Shown: one piece after another, positions 37,186-42,364 of the stretch | Numbering within the stretch: the first letter of the stretch is position 1 | Layout: each line of letters starts with the position of its first letter | Assembly (NCBI GenBank): GCA_051746405.1 | Contig: JBNJFB010000019.1 | Span: forward strand, 1 to 42,364 | Direction: 5' to 3' | Length of the DNA stretch: 42,364 nt | Source: Campylobacterota bacterium | Lineage (GTDB): Bacteria > Campylobacterota > Campylobacteria > Campylobacterales > Arcobacteraceae | Made by a program: the position numbers and the translations under genes | Notes under the pieces: generated by a model | Told to the model about the DNA's origin: nothing | What the model saw: only the letters and a program-made list of their open reading frames with translations | The model's database searches: none

Positions 37186-38489
37186 TGGATTTAGATAAAC
37201 TATTAAATAGCATAGATTCAAAAAGTCTATCAGTAGCCTTTGGAAGAATAAAAAATATATCATCCACAACAGTTACTGCAACAGGATTAGAAGTTGCAGT
37301 TGGAGATATTGTAAAAATTGAGTCTGTTCAAAATTTATACACAGTCCTTGGTATGGTAGCTTCAATTGATGGAGGTGATTTTACAATAGTACCTTTTTCT
37401 TTTATTGAAGGTTTTAGGATTAATGATAAAGTATATGTACAAAAAGAGGGTTTATCTGTTAAGTGTGGATATAATTTACTTGGTAGAGTTGTTAATGCAA
37501 TGGGGCAACCAATTGATGAAAAAGGTAAGGTAAAAGATTTACATGAAAATTCAGCTATAAATAAACAGTCATTAGCACCTCTTGAAAGAGGGATAATAGA
37601 TGAAAGGTTTGCAACAGGTGTAAAATCAATTGATTCTATGCTAACCTCAGGAAAAGGTCAAAAAGTAGGTATCTTTGCAGGTTCGGGTGTTGGTAAGTCA
37701 ACACTTATGGGAATGATTGTAAAAGGTTGTGAAGCTCAGATAAAAGTTGTAGCACTAATTGGTGAAAGAGGTAGGGAAATACCTGAGTTTATTCACTATA
37801 ATCTTGAAAATAATCTTGAAAATACAGTTGTAGTAACAGCAACTTCAGATGAGTCTGCACTTATGCGTAAGTATGGTGCTTTTACAGCTATGGCAATTGC
37901 AGAGTTTTTTAGAGATAAGGGGCATGATGTACTACTTATGATGGATTCTGTTACAAGGTTTGCAATGGCCCAAAGAGAAATAGGCTTAAGTACAGGTGAA
38001 CCACCTGTAAGTAGAGGTTATCCGCCATCAGTATTTGCTTTGCTTCCTCAATTAATGGAAAGAGCTGGTAATAATAAAAAAGGTTCATTAACTGCATTTT
38101 TTACAGTATTAGTAGATGGTGATGATATGAATGATCCTATTGCAGATCAAAGTAGGTCCATACTTGATGGGCATATTGTTTTAACAAGAGAGTTAACAGA
38201 GCAGGGATTCTATCCTCCTATAAATCTTCTAAAGTCCGCTTCAAGGGTAATGGATAAGGTTGTAGATAAAGAGCATTATAATGGTTTTTTAAAGTTAAAA
38301 AGGATATTATCATTAATAAAAGAGAATGAAGTCTTAGTTAGAGTTGGTGCATATAAACCAGGCATGGATCAAGAACTTGATGATGCTATGGCTAAAAAAG
38401 AGCAAATACGAGAGTTTTTAACTCAAGGTACACAAGAGCAGTATAATTTTAATGAAATTATACAGATGTTCAGAAAGGTTTTACAATGA
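37185..38489 (+). CDS. fliI: Flagellar export ATPase FliI
   Basis: FAGSGVGKST, ALIGERGRE, MDSVTRFAMAQREIGL and ILDGHIVL motifs. Confidence 0.97.
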   Translation: MDLDKLLNSIDSKSLSVAFGRIKNISSTTVTATGLEVAVGDIVKIESVQNLYTVLGMVASIDGGDFTIVPFSFIEGFRINDKVYVQKEGLSVKCGYNLLGRVVNAMGQPIDEKGKVKDLHENSAINKQSLAPLERGIIDERFATGVKSIDSMLTSGKGQKVGIFAGSGVGKSTLMGMIVKGCEAQIKVVALIGERGREIPEFIHYNLENNLENTVVVTATSDESALMRKYGAFTAMAIAEFFRDKGHDVLLMMDSVTRFAMAQREIGLSTGEPPVSRGYPPSVFALLPQLMERAGNNKKGSLTAFFTVLVDGDDMNDPIADQSRSILDGHIVLTRELTEQGFYPPINLLKSASRVMDKVVDKEHYNGFLKLKRILSLIKENEVLVRVGAYKPGMDQELDDAMAKKEQIREFLTQGTQEQYNFNEIIQMFRKVLQ

Positions 38490-39622
38490 TAAATCAAACC
38501 CAAGAGACCTTACATAAATTAGATAATTTAAATAGTCAATATCAAAGAGTATCTCATCAAATGAGTACAGGAAGAATACTTGATAAAGGTAGTGATGACG
38601 CTACACTATTTGCAAGAGAGATTTATATAGAGGACAAAATGAATGTTTTTGAAGGTATTCAAAGTCAAATAGATAAAACTACTGTTCACAATAGTGTTTC
38701 AGATAGTGCAATGGGTGATATAAAAAATTTGTTAGAACAAGTTAAAAGTGAGATAATAACAGCAAATACAGATACCACTACCCCAGAGGGTAGAAAAGCT
38801 ATTGCCGTTAATATTGCAGGGGTGAAGCAAAACCTTTTGGATTTAGCAAATACAAGAGTTGATGGAGAGTATCTATTTTCAGGTTCAGACTCATCTATTA
38901 GACCATTTGAAGAGAATGCAGGTGAAATTGAGTATAAAGGTGATACTAGACTTAGAAAAATTGCAGTTGATGAGGGTTCATATAGAGATAAAGGTGTAAA
39001 TGGATTTGATATGATGATGTATACTACAAATAGTGCTACTGCATCAAATCCAAATCTAGATTTTAAAGAGTCTGATAGAATTGTTGATCAAGACGGTTTT
39101 GAATGGAAACTAAATGGGGCAAATAATGCGATTGAACGTTATGACTTTAATGGTAATGTTACCACAGATACAAAGGCTGTAACAAATGTTGTAGGAACCC
39201 CTCCTACATATACAGTTGATGTTGGAACAGCAGATGGTACAAAGTTTGAAGCAAAGACAAGTATTTTTGATAAAATTGATAAAATAGTAAATGCTTTAAA
39301 CAAAGTTGATGATGCAGGAAATCCAATAACACAAGCTGAGTCTGATGCTAGTTTAACTAATAGTTTAACTGATATTAATGCAGCTTATGACAGTGTTAAT
39401 ATAGCTCATGCAGAGCTTGGTGGAAGAAACAGAGTGTTTGAAATATCACAAGAGAAAGTATCTTCAAAACTGACTCAATATAATATAATGTTTCAAGAAG
39501 TGGGTGGAGCTGATTTAGCAAAAGTTGCAGTTGAAGCAAAATCTTTAGAGATGACATTTAATGCATTATATTCAACAATTAACAAGACAAATGAATTGTC
39601 TTTAGTAAATTTTATTAGATAG
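38486..39622 (+). CDS. flgL: Flagellar hook-associated protein 3 (FlgL)
   Basis: Flagellin-like N- and C-terminal helices, QMSTG, LDLANT..DGEYLFSG, and C-terminal LSLVNFI. Confidence 0.85.
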   Translation: MINQTQETLHKLDNLNSQYQRVSHQMSTGRILDKGSDDATLFAREIYIEDKMNVFEGIQSQIDKTTVHNSVSDSAMGDIKNLLEQVKSEIITANTDTTTPEGRKAIAVNIAGVKQNLLDLANTRVDGEYLFSGSDSSIRPFEENAGEIEYKGDTRLRKIAVDEGSYRDKGVNGFDMMMYTTNSATASNPNLDFKESDRIVDQDGFEWKLNGANNAIERYDFNGNVTTDTKAVTNVVGTPPTYTVDVGTADGTKFEAKTSIFDKIDKIVNALNKVDDAGNPITQAESDASLTNSLTDINAAYDSVNIAHAELGGRNRVFEISQEKVSSKLTQYNIMFQEVGGADLAKVAVEAKSLEMTFNALYSTINKTNELSLVNFIR

Positions 39623-39644
39623 ATTAGAAGTTAAATAATAATAG

Positions 39645-41765
39645 ATGGATATAAGAAAGTTTATAACTAAAGATTTATTTGTTGTTGCACTATTTGTTTC
39701 AATACTAATGATAATAATAGTTCCTTTACCAAAGGGACTATTAGATTTTTTCTTAATTATTTCTCTATCATTATCTTTATTAATACTTCTTATTTCGTTA
39801 TATATTCAAAAGCCATCTGATTTAACAACATTTCCTACAATAATACTGATTTTAGCACTCTTTAGGCTATCTTTAAATATAGCTACAACCCGTTCTATTT
39901 TAAGTGAAGGGCACACAGGTCCTGAATCAGTTAGTGCTATAATCTCAGCTTTTGGGGAGTTTGTTGTTGGTGGAAATATGGTTATTGGTATTATTGTATT
40001 TATTATTTTAGTACTTATTAACTTTATGGTTGTAACAAAGGGTGCCACAAGAGTTGCAGAGGTTACTGCAAGATTTAATCTTGACTCAATGCCAGGTAAG
40101 CAAATGGCTATTGATGCTGATTTAAATGCGGGATTTATTGATGATAAAGAAGCACAAATAAGAAGAAAATCACTGATATCTGAAGCTAACTTTTATGGGG
40201 CTATGGATGGGTCATCTAAGTTTGTAAAAGGTGATGCTGTTGCTGGTATTATTATTACTTTAGTAAACTTAATTGGTGGTTTGTTAATAGGACTTTTTCA
40301 GCATGATATGACAGTTACACAAAGTGGTGAGATTTATACTATTTTAACAATTGGTGATGGATTAGTAGCTCAAATTCCAGCACTTATTTTATCAACTGCA
40401 ACTGCAATTATTATTACTCGTTCAAATATGGATGAGGATAAGTTTGCTAATCAGTCTGTTCTTCAACTAGTAAAAGACTCAAAGGCTTTAGTTTTAGTTG
40501 GTATTGGAATGATTCTATTTGGTTTTGTTCCAGGATTTCCAACAGGAATCTTAATAGTAATGGGTCTTATGATGTCTTCAATTGGTTATACAATTTATAT
40601 GATAGAACAAGATCAAGATAACTCTGTTACAAGATTTTTCAAAACTAAACCTGAACAAAAAAAGAGTAAGGTTGAAGATAAAGATATTGAAGCAATGAAA
40701 GAGAAAAAAAGAGAAGCAACAGCTCAAAATGATGAACAAAATATTGAAAATATTATGAAATTAGAGGTTCTAGAGCTTAAGCTTGGTATTCGACTCTTAC
40801 AGTTAGTTCAAGGTAACTCTGAACTTTTGGATAAAATCAAAGGTATTAGAAAAACAATAGCAGGTGAGCTTGGTTTTGTAATTCCACAAATTAGAATATC
40901 AGATGATGCTAATATTGCACCAAATGAGTATGAAATGTATCTAAAAAGGATACCTTTAGTAAAAGGAAAAGTTGAAGTTGATAAGCTTTTAGCAATGGGT
41001 GGAGTAGGCTCTGCATCAATAAAAGGACTTAAGGTAAAAGAGCCTGTATTTAATTTAGATGCCACTTGGATTTCCCAAGATTTAAAAGATGAGGCATTAA
41101 TGAAAGGTTTTACAGTTGTTGATGCACCAACTATAATCTCAACACATATCTCTGAAATAATTAAAAAGCATGCAGAAGATATTATTACTAGACAAGATAT
41201 TGTAGATATTATTGATAGACTAAAAAAAGATTTCCCTATAGTTGTTGAAGAGGCTATGAAAGTTACTTCTTATGGGTCTTTACTTAAGGTTTGTAAGGAT
41301 TTACTCCATGAAAAAATCCCAATTGTTGATATGCTAACAATTATTGAAGCAATTGCAGATATTGCAGAGTTTACTAAAGCACCTGATGTTTTACTTGAGC
41401 ATGTAAGAAGTAAGCTTTATAGACTTATAACCCAGAAGTTTTTAGATAGTGATAGGGTATTGCATATAGTTACTATAAAGCCAGAGCTCGAACAACAGTT
41501 TATAGGAAAGCTACAAGAGCAGCATGGTGCAACACAGTTGATGTTGTCTATTGCTGAAATAAATAATCTTGTTACATATACAAAAGATTTAATAGAGCAG
41601 CTTGAAGCAAAAGGCTTTAGTAAGATTGCAATGGTAGTTGACCCATCTTTAAGAAAAAGAATCTCTGAAATATATGAGAAGTTTGGTCTTCAAGTAGCTG
41701 TATTATCCCATGCTGAACTTGATTCAAAAGCAAACTTCTCTATTGAGGGGACATTGGATTTCTAA
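39645..41765 (+). CDS. flhA: Flagellar export protein FlhA
   Basis: RLSLNIATTR, RVAEVTARFNLDSMPGKQMAIDADL, FYGAMDGSSKFVKGDA and TIGDGLVAQIP motifs. Confidence 0.98.
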   Translation: MDIRKFITKDLFVVALFVSILMIIIVPLPKGLLDFFLIISLSLSLLILLISLYIQKPSDLTTFPTIILILALFRLSLNIATTRSILSEGHTGPESVSAIISAFGEFVVGGNMVIGIIVFIILVLINFMVVTKGATRVAEVTARFNLDSMPGKQMAIDADLNAGFIDDKEAQIRRKSLISEANFYGAMDGSSKFVKGDAVAGIIITLVNLIGGLLIGLFQHDMTVTQSGEIYTILTIGDGLVAQIPALILSTATAIIITRSNMDEDKFANQSVLQLVKDSKALVLVGIGMILFGFVPGFPTGILIVMGLMMSSIGYTIYMIEQDQDNSVTRFFKTKPEQKKSKVEDKDIEAMKEKKREATAQNDEQNIENIMKLEVLELKLGIRLLQLVQGNSELLDKIKGIRKTIAGELGFVIPQIRISDDANIAPNEYEMYLKRIPLVKGKVEVDKLLAMGGVGSASIKGLKVKEPVFNLDATWISQDLKDEALMKGFTVVDAPTIISTHISEIIKKHAEDIITRQDIVDIIDRLKKDFPIVVEEAMKVTSYGSLLKVCKDLLHEKIPIVDMLTIIEAIADIAEFTKAPDVLLEHVRSKLYRLITQKFLDSDRVLHIVTIKPELEQQFIGKLQEQHGATQLMLSIAEINNLVTYTKDLIEQLEAKGFSKIAMVVDPSLRKRISEIYEKFGLQVAVLSHAELDSKANFSIEGTLDF

Positions 41766-41780
41766 GGTGGACCTAAAAAA

Positions 41781-42071
41781 GTGAAACTATTCTATTTTTT
41801 TACAGGAGTAATAGTTACTCTATTAATATTAAGTTTAATTTATTATGTTATAAAAACTATACAAAATAGAAAATTAGAGTCAAAGCCTTTAATTAAGCGT
41901 GTTAAGTTCTCTAAAAACAAAGATGAGTTACTTAAAATTATTAGTGTCTATATTAATATAAATCAAGATTTAGATAGACTTATTTTTGAGCTTGAAAAAA
42001 CTGAAGATTTTTCAAAAGTCAAAAAAGATATAATTAATGTTTTAAAAAAAATAGATATAAGGAAAAAATGA
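41781..42071 (+). CDS. Hypothetical small membrane-anchored protein
   Basis: GTG start, N-terminal TM helix and a basic helical remainder. Confidence 0.6.
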   Translation: MKLFYFFTGVIVTLLILSLIYYVIKTIQNRKLESKPLIKRVKFSKNKDELLKIISVYININQDLDRLIFELEKTEDFSKVKKDIINVLKKIDIRKK

Positions 42072-42364
42072 ATGAAATTTTTTATAGCTTGTTGTATTTT
42101 AGCAACTTCAATTTTCGCAAAAGAGTATTATGCAAAAATAGAGCCAATTGAAAACTATAATGTAAAAGCATCAGTTGCAGGAAAAATAATATATACAAAT
42201 GAAGAAATAGAGGGTAATAGTGCAAATAACTCAATTATTATACAAATAGATTCAAAAATAAATGAGATTGATTTAAAGTACTCAAAGCAGAAGTTGTCTT
42301 ATACAAATAAAATGATTGAAATTGAACAGAAAAATTATGAGAGATTAAATCAAGTATCTTCAAA
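42072..42364 (+). CDS. HlyD/membrane-fusion periplasmic adaptor-like protein, 3'-truncated by the window edge
   Basis: Hand translation MKFFIACCILATSIFAKEYYAKIEPIENYNVKASVAGKII...IIIQIDS...; signal peptide, lipoyl-like half domain, then a helical hairpin; no stop before the window end. Confidence 0.65.
   Translation, partial: MKFFIACCILATSIFAKEYYAKIEPIENYNVKASVAGKIIYTNEEIEGNSANNSIIIQIDSKINEIDLKYSKQKLSYTNKMIEIEQKNYERLNQVSS

Noticed and set aside
38486..39622. Flagellin call for the 378-aa ORF
   Set aside because: The LANT..DGEYLFSG motif and LSLVNFI terminus fit FlgL rather than flagellin.
1637..41065. Other short ORFs antisense to or nested in annotated genes (e.g. 1637-1897, 2496-2780, 7966-8205, 15182-15454, 19009-19314, 27638-27841, 40808-41065)
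   Set aside because: They overlap well-supported genes almost entirely and show no recognisable motifs.

Overview
AT-rich chromosomal window from a Campylobacterota bacterium, most consistent with Arcobacteraceae; the genus cannot be fixed from sequence alone. Bases 1-7790 hold a GT9 glycosyltransferase fragment and the conserved housekeeping block glyQ, Nif3-like, zinc-ribbon (FlgZ/HP0958-like), waaA, RluA-family, ffh, rpsP, KH and rimM. The block stops before the usual trmD-rplS. Bases 7794-41765 form a single ~34 kb flagellar/chemotaxis cluster: flgG, cheY, cheZ, flgF, flgB, fliF/G/H/N, flgD, two tandem flgE paralogues, PflB-like, flaG, fliY, motA/B, flgJ-like, flgN-like, flgA-like, flhF/G, fliE, flgC, fliK, fliR, flhB, PflA-like, fliI, flgL and flhA, plus several unannotated membrane or basic proteins. 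The window ends in a partial HlyD-type adaptor gene. I found no mobile element, CRISPR array or RNA gene, and no wholly new system. The notable features lie inside the flagellar cluster: (1) a FliK hook ruler with nested in-frame 210-bp and 15-bp tandem repeats; (2) a CheZ with a long acidic arm carrying four FliM-like CheY~P-binding-type motifs; (3) a PomAB-like stator with Na+-type signatures and the conserved TM3 Pro replaced by Gly; (4) sigma70-type promoters ahead of hook and motor genes; (5) overlapping inverted repeats between the two flgE genes; (6) an orphan pair downstream of flgG, a very basic helical protein and a membrane-anchored SPOR-like protein. All homology calls come from motif recognition, not database searches.
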